From: Octopus sinensis
Taxonomy: Eukaryota
Direction: 5' to 3'
Assembly (NCBI RefSeq): GCF_006345805.1
Contig: NC_043006.1
Location: 22,382,001-22,446,000, forward strand
DNA length: 64,000 nt
The stretch's first letter is position 1. Each line of letters begins with the position of its first letter. Under the pieces are notes generated by a model, which was not told the origin of the DNA, made no database searches, and saw only the letters and a program-made list of their open reading frames with translations. Positions 1-12,404 of the stretch are shown here, piece after piece. The translations under genes and the position numbers were made by a program.

Positions 1-87
1 TTTTTCTCTTATGAGTTTTCACGCTATCTACCTGACAATTTCTTGTTAAGTTTTCCTTATTAAGTAGTTGTCCTTAATTGCTAAATG

Positions 88-132
<45 letters not shown>

Positions 133-391
133 TAGATAGATATATAGATATACACATATATATATGTATACACATATATATGTGTGTGTTTGTGTTGTGT
201 GTGTGCATAGACATTGAATTCAAAAGCCACAGCAATGCAGTTGAGAAAAAAATATTAGTATTTCTGGTAAAATTTTTACATTTTTCTAATTTTTTTTAAA
301 ACAGAAAAATATTGTTACTAACTGCATTGTCATGGCTTTCTAAATCACCATTTTCTATTCTGCAATGCGGCAAATGAACTACAACAAATAT

Positions 392-436
<45 letters not shown>

Positions 437-589
437 GTGAAATAGAAAGATGAATAATCTGTAGTAGATTAAACAAAAGTTTAACCGATACCTTAGTAGC
501 AAAAATCACAGCAGTAAACAGCACGGTTGGAGGTACAACGATTTCTGTTCAATCTGCGTTCAGCTCCATTTCTTCACATTCACCAATAA

Positions 590-830
<241 letters not shown>

Positions 831-1029
831 AGGGCATTATTACACATAAATGCTGCACGCTAGGAGGGACTCTTAAAGTCAAAACAACCAAAATAAACAT
901 ATTGTACAGAATGCAAGTCTCGAAGCAAGTCATTTAAAAACAGAATTTAGCTGCAGATCACCAGTGATTTCGTAATCAACGCAGTGGTTGCGTCCTTTCA
1001 AGTTTGTTTATAAAAATATTATTTATGCA

Positions 1030-1065
<36 letters not shown>

Positions 1066-1102
1066 TAATTAAAGTGTACAGTATTATATATCCATTATGG
1101 TT

Positions 1103-1144
1103 GATCTTACTAATCAGTTTCATACTAGGAGGTCAACAGAGTGT
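1103..1144 (-). ncRNA. Possible decayed type I hammerhead (CUGUUGA core variant)
   Basis: Minus strand reads CTGTTGA-CCTCCTAGTAT-GAAA, near-palindromic helix III ACTGATTAGT, GUA triplet. Stems I and II pair poorly. Confidence 0.25.
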
Positions 1145-1582
1145 TAGATAACAGCCTGATTATGTAACCCTATGCTCCTTAGAGGTAGCAGTTATGAAAT
1201 GAAATATGGTGACTGTTCTCTACTGTGGTTTTTGTGAAGAAGACAACAAAATGAACAGAGCAAGATTTAAGTTAAGAGTTATGTCCCTTGGCACCAAAAC
1301 ACTGTCTCTGCTTGGTGTTGCTAGGCAGCGACAAGAGTTTTCTAGAAAAGTGTGTATGGGAAATGTGTTTGTTTTAGGGTTGATGTTCTGGTAGAGTATG
1401 AATGTATGCATTTGTACTATATGTGTAGCATTTTTGGAGGGGGTGGGGATTGTTGGGCTGGTGCCCAAAGGCCACATAAACATCTGTGTGTTTGCTTGAG
1501 TGCTTTTTGTATGTTTTGATTAAATTCTTTGGTTAAACTTTTTGGAGCATTTATGTAGGTATGGGGTGTGTGTTGGGGTAAC

Positions 1583-1814
1583 AGGCGGCGAGCTGGCAGA
1601 AACGTTAGCGTGCCGGGAGAAATGCGTAGCCGTATTTCGTCTGCCGTTACGTTCTGAGTTCAAATTCCGCCGAGGTCGACTTTGCCTTTCATCCTTTTGG
1701 GGGTCGATAAATTAAGTACCAGTTACGCACTGGAGTCGATATAATCGACTTAATCCGTTTATCTGTCCTTGTTTGTCCCCTCTGTGTTTAGCCCCTTGTG
1801 GGTAGTGAAGAAAT
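1583..1814 (+). mobile_element. tRNA-derived SINE, family A1
   Basis: A-box-like TGGCAGAAACGTTAG, B-box-like GAGTTCAAATTCC, body ending GAAGAAATA; at least 13 copies in the window. Confidence 0.93.
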
Positions 1815-2084
1815 ATATATGTGTGGGGTTTATATGGGGGGGGGGGGGTTTGAAAAAGGTTCATTGGGTTAATGTTTGCTCTGTTAGGGCATGTGTGTGT
1901 CTGTGAGTGTGTTTGTGGATGCAGCAACATGTGGAAATAACACATTCCCGTGCCTGACCAGACCTTATCCCTCCACCTAGAATCACCATCCTCACTCTCT
2001 TCTATTCCACCTCAGTTAAAGAGGTCACTCTTGGTCCTTGACTTTACAATTTATGAGGCAGTCGTTACTAATGCTGTTACGATG

Positions 2085-2259
2085 AAATAAAACGCACCAG
2101 CACACTTTGTAAAGTGGTTGGCATTAAGAAGGGCACTCAAAGATAGAAGCAATGCCAAAGATGATGTTAGCGCATAATGCAGTCCTTCAACTTGTTAGAC
2201 CCTGTCGGACTGTGAAAGCCAGGCCAGCCTGAAAGCCAGCCATTAAATGATGGTGATGT

Positions 2260-2292
<33 letters not shown>

Positions 2293-2415
2293 CAATGACG
2301 GCGATGACGGTGATGATGACAATAACAGCGATGACGGTGATGATGACAATAACAGCGATGACGATGACAACAAGGATGATGATGATGTTGACGACGACGA
2401 CAACGGTGGTGATGA
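2085..2415 (+). mobile_element. Diverged 3' end of RTE LINE (family D) with expanded (GAT)n tail
   Basis: GTGGTTGGCATTAAGAAGGGCA motif followed by TTAAATGATGGTGATG and a long GAT tract. Confidence 0.65.
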
Positions 2416-2645
2416 CACACACATGCATGTATGTGTACATACACGCGTGCACACACATACACACTGTCTCACACACACACATACACACTGTTTCACATAC
2501 ACATACACACTGTCTCACACACACACATACACACTGTCTCACATACACATACACACTGTCTCACACACAAACATACACACTGTCTCACATATACATACAC
2601 ACTGTCTCACACACACACATACACACTGTCTCAGACACACACACG
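2416..2645. repeat. 24-bp CA-derived minisatellite
   Basis: Unit ~ACACTGTCTCACACACACACATAC in tandem (8-aa periodicity in ORF 2423..2722). Confidence 0.9.
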
Positions 2646-2967
2646 TGTACGCATGTGCATATGTGTGTATGGAAACATGTATGAATATTGATATTTTTCA
2701 GATTACCATGTGCGCGAAATAGTGCTGAGGTTGATGTTCGTAGCATGAGATTATGACTGGCCACTGAGTGCTTTTGAATGCTTGTGAAATATAAACAACC
2801 CCACCACCACTTATCTGTAAAATAGATTGGGAACAGGAAGAGCATCCAACCATAAAATTCTGCCTCTAAAATCAATCATCATCCTGGTCATGTTTAACTA
2901 GAATGGGAAAGAATGATATATGATAATGATAACTGAATGTGGTAGTATTTTAGCGCTCAAAGATAAC

Positions 2968-3392
2968 ACTCTTTTACTCTTTTACTTTTTTACGTATTTC
3001 AGTCATCTGACTGTGGCCATGCTGGAGCATCGCCTTTTAGTCGAGCAAATCGACCCCAGGACTTATTCTTTGTAAGCCTAGTACTTATTCTATCGGTCTC
3101 TTTTGCCGAACCGCTGAGTTACAGGGACGTAAACACACCAGCATCGGTTGTCAAGCGATGTTGGGGAGACAAACACAGCCACACAAACACATACATACAC
3201 ATACATACATATATATACATATATACAACAGGCTTCTTTCAGTTTCGGTCTACAAAATCCACTCAGAAGGCTTTGGTCGGCCCAAAGCTATTAGCAGAAG
3301 ACACTTGCCCAAGGTACCACGCGGTGGGATTGAACCTGGAACCATGTGGTTGGTAAGCAAGCTACTTACCACACAGCCACTCCTGCGCCTAG
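2968..3392 (-). mobile_element. tRNA-derived SINE, family B
   Basis: Head TGGCTGTGTGGTAAG...GGTTCAATCCC, internal TA/TG microsatellite, (TAAAAGAG)n tail. Confidence 0.93.
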
Positions 3393-3419
3393 GGGTAACT
3401 TAATTTTTGTCCTTGGGTA

Positions 3420-3620
3420 GAAACTGTTATTTCACGCTCAGAGTTGCTGAAGTATGGAATAAACTGCCTGCGTCAGTTGTTGACTGCCATGACACTGCAT
3501 CCTTTAAGACCCTCATGCTTTCTGAAATCCGCTGAAACTACACCTGATTATATATACACTTTAGATGAGTTGTAGTGCACCTGAGCACTGTACACAATTA
3601 TTATTATTATTATTATTATA
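3420..3620 (+). mobile_element. CR1-clade LINE 3' fragment with (ATT)n tail
   Basis: Translates YFTLRVAEVWNKLPASVVDCHDTASFK, the CR1 ORF2 C-terminal RV..WN.LP..VV...SFK motif, then a short UTR and (ATT)n. Confidence 0.8.
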
Positions 3621-4049
3621 ACCCCTAGAAAGTATATAAAATGGTTAATATTTCCTTCAAACTTTGGTTTTGTTTCATTTATTCAGACTCCAAAGAATCT
3701 CCCTCAACACATGGCTATGATACTCCCCTACTACTCCTGCTCATGATCAGAGATTCACATATTGTCAGCCACTGAGGAACATGCTCAAGTGATTAAGGTT
3801 AAACAACTGACATGCAAATCTGTAGTATTGAGCAGAATATTTGTTATAACGATATTTCTGCTTCAGCAATTCAGTGCTGAATCTGTCTGAAAGGTATTGA
3901 AAAATAGGTCAGTTTCCAAGCATTGATGTCCAGGTCACAAAAGCAAAGTTTGAAGGGAATAGTTGTCATTTTCTTTGATTTTCAGATAGAAGCAAATAGG
4001 AAATAACACTGCTTAAAGACAAAAAAATTAAAAATAAAAATTTTGTTCA

Positions 4050-4470
4050 TAGGTGTAGGAGTGGCTGTGTGGTAAGTAGCTTGCTTACCAGCCACATGGT
4101 TCCACGTTCAGTCCCACTGCGTGGCACCTTGGGCAAGTGTCTTCTACTATAGCTTTCGGCCAACCAAAGCCTTGTGAGTGGATTTGGTAGACGGAAACTG
4201 AAAGAAGCTCGTCATATTATATATGTATATATATATATATATATGTATGTGTATATGTTTGTGTGTCTGTGTTTGTCCCTCCAACATCCCTTGGTAACTG
4301 ATGCTGGTTTGTTTACGTCCCCGTAACTCAGCGGTTTGGCAAAAGAGACCGATAGAATATGTTCCAGGTTTACAAAGAATAAGTCCTGGGGTCGAGTTGC
4401 TCGACCAAAGGCAATACTCCAGCATGGCCACAGTCAAATGACTGAAACAAGTGAAAGAGTAAAAGAGTAT
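4050..4470 (+). mobile_element. SINE family B
   Basis: Full head, microsatellite core and tail. Confidence 0.92.
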
Positions 4471-4639
4471 AATTAGTCTGTTGGTTAATGCTTGCAGAAT
4501 AGTTTATTCTGTTAATGTTCCATATCGCTGAATGTTCTGACCTTGGTTTGATGCCTGCATGACAAAGCAATTATAGAACTTAATTACATCAAATGGAAGT
4601 GGGGAGCACTCTGTATTCCTGCCCTGCCAACAAGACTGT

Positions 4640-4965
4640 TAGTAAGTTAGTTAGTTAGTTAGTTAATTTTTTGGCTCAAAAAGCAAAAAGCAAGGCCATG
4701 TAGGTGGACATGGAGTTATATACAGGGTGGTGTTCATGTAAAGAGTTCAGGCCACTTGTGGTCAAGGGAGACTTTGAACCGAGCGGTCGTCGGCATCTTC
4801 ACCATCTCGTCCGGCAGCTTATTCCACGGATCCGCAACCCGGACGGGGAAAGCCCCTCTCCTTCGATTGAGATGAAATCGTTGCAGATAGAGCTTTTTGG
4901 AATGACCCCACAGCCGACGCTCTGGAGCAAGAGTGAAGAACAGCTCTTTCGAGAGGTTACACTTT
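4640..4965 (-). mobile_element. CR1-clade LINE 3' fragment with (TAAC)n tail
   Basis: Minus strand translates WGHSKKLYLQRFHLNRRRGAFPVRVADPWNKLPDEMVKMPTTARFKVSLD, then the UTR and (TAAC)n. Confidence 0.88.
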
Positions 4966-5165
4966 CCATATTATTTTTACTGTTCTAAATTAATACTTAA
5001 AATATCTAATATCATTTCTTGGCAATAGGAAGGGCATCCAGCCATAGAAATCAAGACAAAGGACATGAATGAGCACTGTTCTAATGGAGCAGTTTCTCTC
5101 AATAATAGATGCCTTGGACTATAACAACTCATCTTACTCATGCCAGCATGGAAATGTAAAAGTGA

Positions 5166-5303
5166 AGCCTAGTACATATTTTATCAACCCCGACCTGATG
5201 GAAAGCAAAGATAACCTTGGTGTAGTTTGAACTCAGAATGTAAATATGGTTGAAATGTTGCTAAGCATTTTTCCCAGCATGCTAATGATTCTGCCAGCTT
5301 GCC
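5166..5303 (-). mobile_element. SINE family A (A2-type), 3'-truncated; part of the 5k/41k duplication
   Basis: A head and body; private variants shared with 41760-41895. Confidence 0.85.
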
Positions 5304-5404
5304 ACTTTACTGAGAATATAAATATTATCCAAACATCTCATTCATGGTCTACTTCTAGGTCTCCTGCCAGCTGGAAACATCTGAATCGTGATACTTTCCT
5401 GTCG

Positions 5405-5748
5405 CATTCAAATTCTATTTTTTTTTTCTACGCCCTTTTTCAAACCTAGCCAGGCTCATGGGCCCGGTTTCCCGGTTTCTGTGGCATATGTGTTCCCCCC
5501 CAGCTGGACAGCACACCAGTCCATCGCAGCATTACTCAAGAAACAGGAAGAAAGAGTGAGAGAAAGTTGGGGCGAAAGAGTACACCAGGGGTCGCTACCC
5601 CACCCCCACCCAACCCCTGCCGGAGCCTCGTGGAGCTTTTTAGGTGTTTTCGCTTAATAAACACACACAACGCCCAGTCTGGGAATGGAAACCACGATCC
5701 TCCGACCGCGAGTCCGCTGCCCTAACCACTGGGCCATTGCGTCTCCAC
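5405..5748 (-). mobile_element. tRNA-derived SINE family C, tail type C1
   Basis: Head GACGCAATGGCCCAGTGGTTAGGGC...GGTTTCCATTCCC; body GATGGACTGG...GAAACCGGG; A-rich end. Confidence 0.88.
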
Positions 5749-5779
5749 GCCAGCATGGAGAGTAGATATAAAATAGTGA

Positions 5780-6690
<911 letters not shown>

Positions 6691-7086
6691 ATGGTATTGG
6701 TTATGATTTGTTTCGTCAGCATGTGATATTTCTTATCTTGTTTAAAAAAACATAAGTTGAGACTAATACTGAAGATACATTGACAATCTCTTTAACAGTT
6801 GGATATTACATGCATGTCTATATTTGTGTGTGTGTGTATGTAATATACGTATGTACAACATACATATTAATACATACATCAGCATATGTAGCTTGATCTG
6901 CTTAAGGATTGGCATTGATATTCTATCAAATTATATGCTTCAAATCTTCATACACTCAGAGAATACAAAACATATATGTAGTTGTGTGTGTGTGTGTGTG
7001 TGTATGTGCTAGTGTGCATGTGTGTGGGTGTGATAGATAGATAAATTGATAGATAGATACATACATACACACATACATACATACAT

Positions 7087-7121
<35 letters not shown>

Positions 7122-8287
7122 TATTAGAGTATGGTGACCCTACTTATGGCATTGATTACTTAGGGCATTGACCATATAGTAAATGTGCAACATGGTTAAC
7201 AGTCTGTATAGAAGAAAGAGAAATGAAAGATAAAGAACCAGGCTGAGAGTGTTATAGAAGAGAGAGTATGATGGGAGAAACAAAGTGATAAAACTGAGAG
7301 TGTGATAGAGGAGGGAGTAATGAAAGAGAGACAGTGACAGCTACATGACGGTTGTTGGTAAGGAAATTGAATAGAAAAATATCAAGTGATATGAGAGGTA
7401 GGAGAGAAGAGAGAATGACTGAAGGTAGAGAGGGTGATTAAAGGGGAAGCAATGCAGTAATGGAAGTGATAGCAAATTTTTTATCTTTTTAGTCAGGAGA
7501 AAAGGCAGTTCCCATGACCTGTTACAATACCTCCAAGACTAGTAAAAAGGAAGGTGTTGACCTGCCTAAATGCTCACAACAAAGTAGACTTTGCTAAAAG
7601 GGTGCAAGGTATCAGCCAGTGATGTTCAACCAAGTAATGAATTAAGTTTACCACCCAAATAATCCATGGTTAGATTTGAACCCAAGATGCAGAGACTGAA
7701 TGTATGGTATCCTGTCCAATGTTCTTACAGTTCTGCCAGTCCACTATCCTAGATTGGTACTTTTTTCATGACCCCAAAAGTATGAACTGCAAAGTTGACC
7801 TCTATAGGATTTGAACTCATAGCCCCAAGTGTCAGAATAAATACAGTGAGACAGTCTCTCCAACACTCTAACAATTTGCCCATGTATCACAACAAGGAAT
7901 GGTAGATGGAAGAATTTTGTAAAATCCAACAGAATTTCTTTGCTACTAGAGATAACCCAGGAGAAGGTGAAGAGAAAAATCAGATATTTTTGTTAATGAA
8001 GAGATGAAGGCAGATTAAGTTTCTCCTTCATGTCAAGAAGTACAACAAACACACCAGGATCCAGGACTTATCATGAGAAATTATCTTAATTGGAAAAGGT
8101 AAAAGTTGTGACACTATTTGCTGTAATTTTGTGACTTTAATGTTGAAAATTTAGCCAAAACACAGGCTGCAATTGTCAGACCTACTTCTAATGATACATT
8201 TGTGTCTCAGTGTATGGATTAAAGAAGCACAGGAATCCTAATAAGAGACACTGGACATGATGTAAACCCATGGCTTGTAGAAACTAA

Positions 8288-8500
8288 TTGGTTTCAAATT
8301 TTGACATAAGGCAGCAATTTCAGGGATGGGGTAAGTTGGTTTCATTGACTCCAGTGCTCAACTGGTACTTATTTTATCAACCCAGGGAGGGTGAAAAGTG
8401 AAGTCAACCTTGGCAGAATTTGAACTCAGAACATAAATGCAGACAAAATATTGTAAAACATTTTGCCTGACTTGCTAATGATTCTACCAGCTTGTCACCT
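8288..8500 (-). mobile_element. SINE family A2 (tail GCCTTGTGCCAAAATTTGAAACC)
   Basis: A head with alternative tail; more copies at 10660, 28833, 29084, 29325, 41760 and 59060. Confidence 0.85.
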
Positions 8501-8892
8501 TTATTGCAGTAACTAATTAAAAGTGATTTGTGATCAGTTAACAATGAAATGGACTTGTAAGTCCTAATCATCACTGAAAGTCACAGAGTGATACTGGAAC
8601 TGAACCTAGTAGAAGGTACCAAGACAAAGGTCATGAGATTGATGATAGAGAGTAGAAAGCTTTGTTGTTACAGTTGTCAGAGTAAAGCAAACATTTGAAC
8701 TGAATGTCTGGAAGAATTACTAAGGTTAAGTAAAATCAAGGAAAATAATAAAGTATTACAGTAAAAGAAATTACAGATCCCAGTTTCAAGAGCACCAGCA
8801 GCCAAATGTCTGAGGATAAGAAATTAAATATCTTTAGGCCCAGTTTCACAAATAGATGAGTATATACTTTGTCCCTTTGTGGTACACTCTTG

Positions 8893-9280
8893 CATCCCCA
8901 AAGTCCATCCCCTCCTCACCGTGGTGGGGACGCTGGCAACGGGTAGTGTCAGAGCTATGCTGTCGGGAACTTCGGTTCCTGGTAGGGCCACCCAAGGCAG
9001 ATTGGTCTGACACCGAGTGGTATTAGGGCCACAACCTGGTGAAAATCCTTGGAGTGTCTGTTTCGGCAACCGGCGGCTCCTCGGTCGTTCTGTCCCTGTG
9101 TTTGTGGACAATCCGCAGCAGACAGGATGTCTCTACATGCGGGATTGTTGGGGACCACTTGTGAAATTCATATTCCCACGAAACTTCTTCCACTGCCATG
9201 GTTCAAGATGCCTCGAGGGTGGTGGAAAAAGCTGACTCAACCTGCCCAGGGTGAATGTCGCCACAAGTACAAGTAAGTAA
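8893..9280 (+). mobile_element. 388-bp non-autonomous RTE-derived element without a tRNA head
   Basis: 11-bp TSD GTACACTCTTG (8882-8892 and 9281-9291); RTE-type 5' UTR motif GAGCTATGC...TAGGGCCACCCAAG; (AAGT)n tail; no ORF. Confidence 0.75.
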
Positions 9281-9964
9281 GTACACTCTTGTAGTATCAC
9301 ATCATCATGTGATGAGGAAGAAATAATAATTACAGATAAATATTCACAAGCAGTTGATGAAAATACAAAAGGCAAATGGAGGAAAAAACAGTTATCCAAA
9401 TAGAAGGTTCAACATAAAACAAAGAAAACAGGTAAGGAACAATTTCTTTGAAACAACATTGAACCATCTTCAGGAAAATAACAAAGAAAATGAAGAGGAA
9501 AAAATTTATGGAAGCAACTCCACAACTCTGGTGTCATGGACTCTCTAAAGAAGTTAGAATTATACACAAAGAATTAAGTTTAGAATATAAGTAATATGCA
9601 AAGAATAAGTTTCTAGTAAGCCTAAAATTAAGACATTATACCAAACTTTAAAAGAGAATACCACCAAGATATTGGTGATTTTCAACACCAAATACCTCAA
9701 AAAATGCTTACTGGTACATTTAGCTGCACTTGCATAAAATTTAAGAAAGTGTTTAAGAAATAAAACATGAAAGTTTTTGCTAGATTGAATCAAAACATTT
9801 TGTGGGGTGGCCCCTGACTCAACCTTCTTTCTTTAAGTCATATCTAGTTTTAATTATTGTGTTTATTGAATTTTTTATGTATTTCCATGCAAATATGCAT
9901 GCATGTTTGAACACATTTGTGTGTGCATGTATTCTAGATTTGGCTAAAAGAAAATATAGGAGGA

Positions 9965-10112
9965 TCATTTACTTATGATTTTATTCAACATATTCCCTTC
10001 TCAGATTTACACACTTATTGCAGCGGTCCTTCAGTTTTTCTAAGTCCTGTAAAAGAACTCAGAAGGTTGCAGCACCCTTAAAACCAGGAACTTTTCACCA
10101 TCCCCTCATATA
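9965..10112 (-). mobile_element. mariner-type terminal fragment
   Basis: Minus strand begins TATGAGGGGATGGTGAAAAGTTCC, resembling a mariner TIR, next to TA. Confidence 0.6.
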
Positions 10113-10494
10113 TGTATACATGTATGTATGTTTGTATATGTAGGCATATATGTGCATGTATGTGTGTGCATGTGAGTGTGTGTATTTTTAAAATCCTTAA
10201 TACATCCTTCCATACATTGTATAACATCTCTCACCTTTCTCTTTGAAATTTGTATAAACCATTTTTTGCACTCCAAATTCATATTTTTTGTATCTCATTG
10301 AGCTCTTGTAGAAGAACTTATAGTTAATTATTACTACTACTACTATTATTAAAGTCCATGTTTGAGGTGTCATAACAGAACCAAAAGCTGATTTACCTGA
10401 TTTACTTCTCTTAGCAATTCTATGTACTTATATCACTGAATATACACTCTTGTAGATTTAATCATCCTCTTCATTATCATCATGATTGTGATTG

Positions 10495-10534
<40 letters not shown>

Positions 10535-10592
10535 TTATATCTGATTTAGTGATTCTCTCTTCATTAAATTGGCTAGTCCAGTGAAGACTCTG

Positions 10593-10634
10593 CTTTGCTG
10601 ATGAGGTTAGTATAATATCGAAATATGTCTCAAG
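10593..10634 (+). ncRNA. Candidate minimal type I hammerhead ribozyme with canonical core
   Basis: CTGATGA (10598-10604), stem II GGT/ATC, GAAA (10620-10623), helix III ATATGT, GUC triplet; stem I is weak. Confidence 0.4.
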
Positions 10635-10659
10635 TTGTGTCCTGTACTTTCACTAATAT

Positions 10660-10780
10660 TGGTTTCAATTTTGGCACAAGGCCATCAATTTTAGGGCAGG
10701 AGGTAAGTTGACTTCATCAACCCCAGTGTTGAATTGCTACTTATTTTATCGACCCCAAAGGAATGAAAGGCAAAGTTGGC
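10660..10780 (-). mobile_element. SINE A2, 3' half
   Basis: Body plus A2 tail. Confidence 0.8.
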
Positions 10781-11111
10781 TTCAGTTTGAGGAACCTTCC
10801 TCTCTTCCTACCAATCAGAACAAGCCATTAAAGGATCATTGAAGCTACCTTCCTTCTTGACTAAAAGATACAAAAAAGAAAGAAAAAACCCACTTGCATT
10901 TTTATGAGTTTAATACATAACTTACTGATCTGGCTTCTGATTTTTCTAAGGCAGGCTTTTCATATCTCCTCTTTAAAATGAATAATATTAAGCACCAGCA
11001 ATATCCTAGGGTTAAGGCACTCAATTATATCCTCCTTCTATAAGTATTGATCTTGGGGTTGCTTAAATGAAGTTAATATTTCTGTAATTATTCACAAGTC
11101 TTCACTTAGAC

Positions 11112-11413
11112 CAGAGGTTCTCAACCAGGATCCATACAAGGTTTTGTGGAGTTCACGGATGCAACATTGTAAATTGGGGGCCATGGAAAAATTGACCTTC
11201 AGACCAGTAAAATTTATGTGCAATAAACTGGTTATACTCCTACAATACACAAAACATTTTAACAATTTTATTCAAGTCCTAATAATATTTAATTATAAAA
11301 ATACAAAAGAGATTTTTTTAAACATCAAATGGCTATGGGATAGGGGCGGGGGTCCACACAGGTAAAATAGGAATCAAAAGAGTCCATAAGCAAAAAATGG
11401 TTGAGAACCCCTA
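11112..11413. mobile_element. hAT-type MITE (302 bp)
   Basis: TIRs CAGAGGTTCTCAACC / GGTTGAGAACCCCTA; imperfect 8-bp TSD ACTTAGAC/ACTTGTAC. Confidence 0.85.
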
Positions 11414-11434
11414 ACTTGTACCAAGAAAAATATA

Positions 11435-12295
11435 CAGCTATCCCCAGGTATTTTACCCTACCAATTGGTACCACTTATTGCTCTGCAGGTATTCTACCAA
11501 GAAGGCGGCAAGCTGGCAGAAACATTAGCACACTGGGCGAAGTGCTTAGCGGTATTTCGTCTGCCATTACATTCTGAGTTCAAATTCCGCTGAGGTCGAC
11601 TTTGCCTTTCATCCTTTCGGGGTCGATAAATTAAGTACCAGTTACGCACCGGGGTCGACGTAATCGACTTAATCCATTTGTCTGTCCTTGTTTGTCCTCT
11701 CTGTGCTTAGTCCCTTGTTGGCAGTAAAGAAATAGGTATTTCGTCCGAGTTCAAATTCCGCCGAGGTCAAAATTTGCCTTTCATCCTGTCAGGTAGTGAT
11801 TTCATACCAAGGTCGATTTTGCCTATCATCCTTTCGGGGTCGATAAATTAAGTACCAGTTACGCACTTGGGTCGACGTAATCGACTTAATCCATTTGTCT
11901 GTCCTTGTTTGTCCTCTCTGTGCGTAGTCCCTTATGGGCAGTAAAGAAATAGGTATTCTACCAAGTCAAATAGTGTTGTGCACTAGTATCCTAAAGTACT
12001 AACCTAATCTGATGGTTTCATGTAACAATAAATCTAGAGACCTACTCCGTTAGATGCTGTCATGTATTACTATCTCCCAGTCTTTCGTATTCCACCCAGA
12101 CAAATGATATCGTGTACTGCTATCTTCTGGTACCTTACCCAGATGAATACTATCATGTGCTGCTATCTCCCAATATCCTGACCAGACAAATGTTACAATG
12201 TACTGTACTGCTGTTTGATGGTATTCTCCCCCAGTACAGTGCTTTAATGTACTGCTATATCCAGGTATTCTACCCAGACAAATGCTGTGATGTAA
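11435..12295. repeat. Degenerate ~44-bp minisatellite, interrupted by an A1 dimer
   Basis: Unit ~GTACTGCTATCTCCCAGGTATTCTACCCAGACAAATGCTATCAT recurs with heavy divergence. Confidence 0.7.
11502..11950 (+). mobile_element. SINE A1 head-to-tail dimer
   Basis: One 15-bp TSD AGGTATTCTACCAAG (11487-11501 and 11951-11965); junction AAAGAAATAGGTATTTCG at ~11734. Confidence 0.92.
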
Positions 12296-12369
12296 TATAA
12301 AATCAATCATGTGTGTTTGTATGTTTCTATGTCTGTGTCAAGTTGACATCACCAGAAAGAAGCTGATGA

Positions 12370-12370
12370 G

Positions 12371-12404
<34 letters not shown>

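Noticed and set aside
9300-9770. Possible decayed piggyBac transposase N-terminus
   Set aside because: Only an acidic stretch and vague similarity across many stops; no catalytic motif or TIR.
12360-12380. CTGATGA motif (also at 21838, 35508, 47724, 49560, 50193)
   Set aside because: No stem II-GAAA-NUH arrangement follows.
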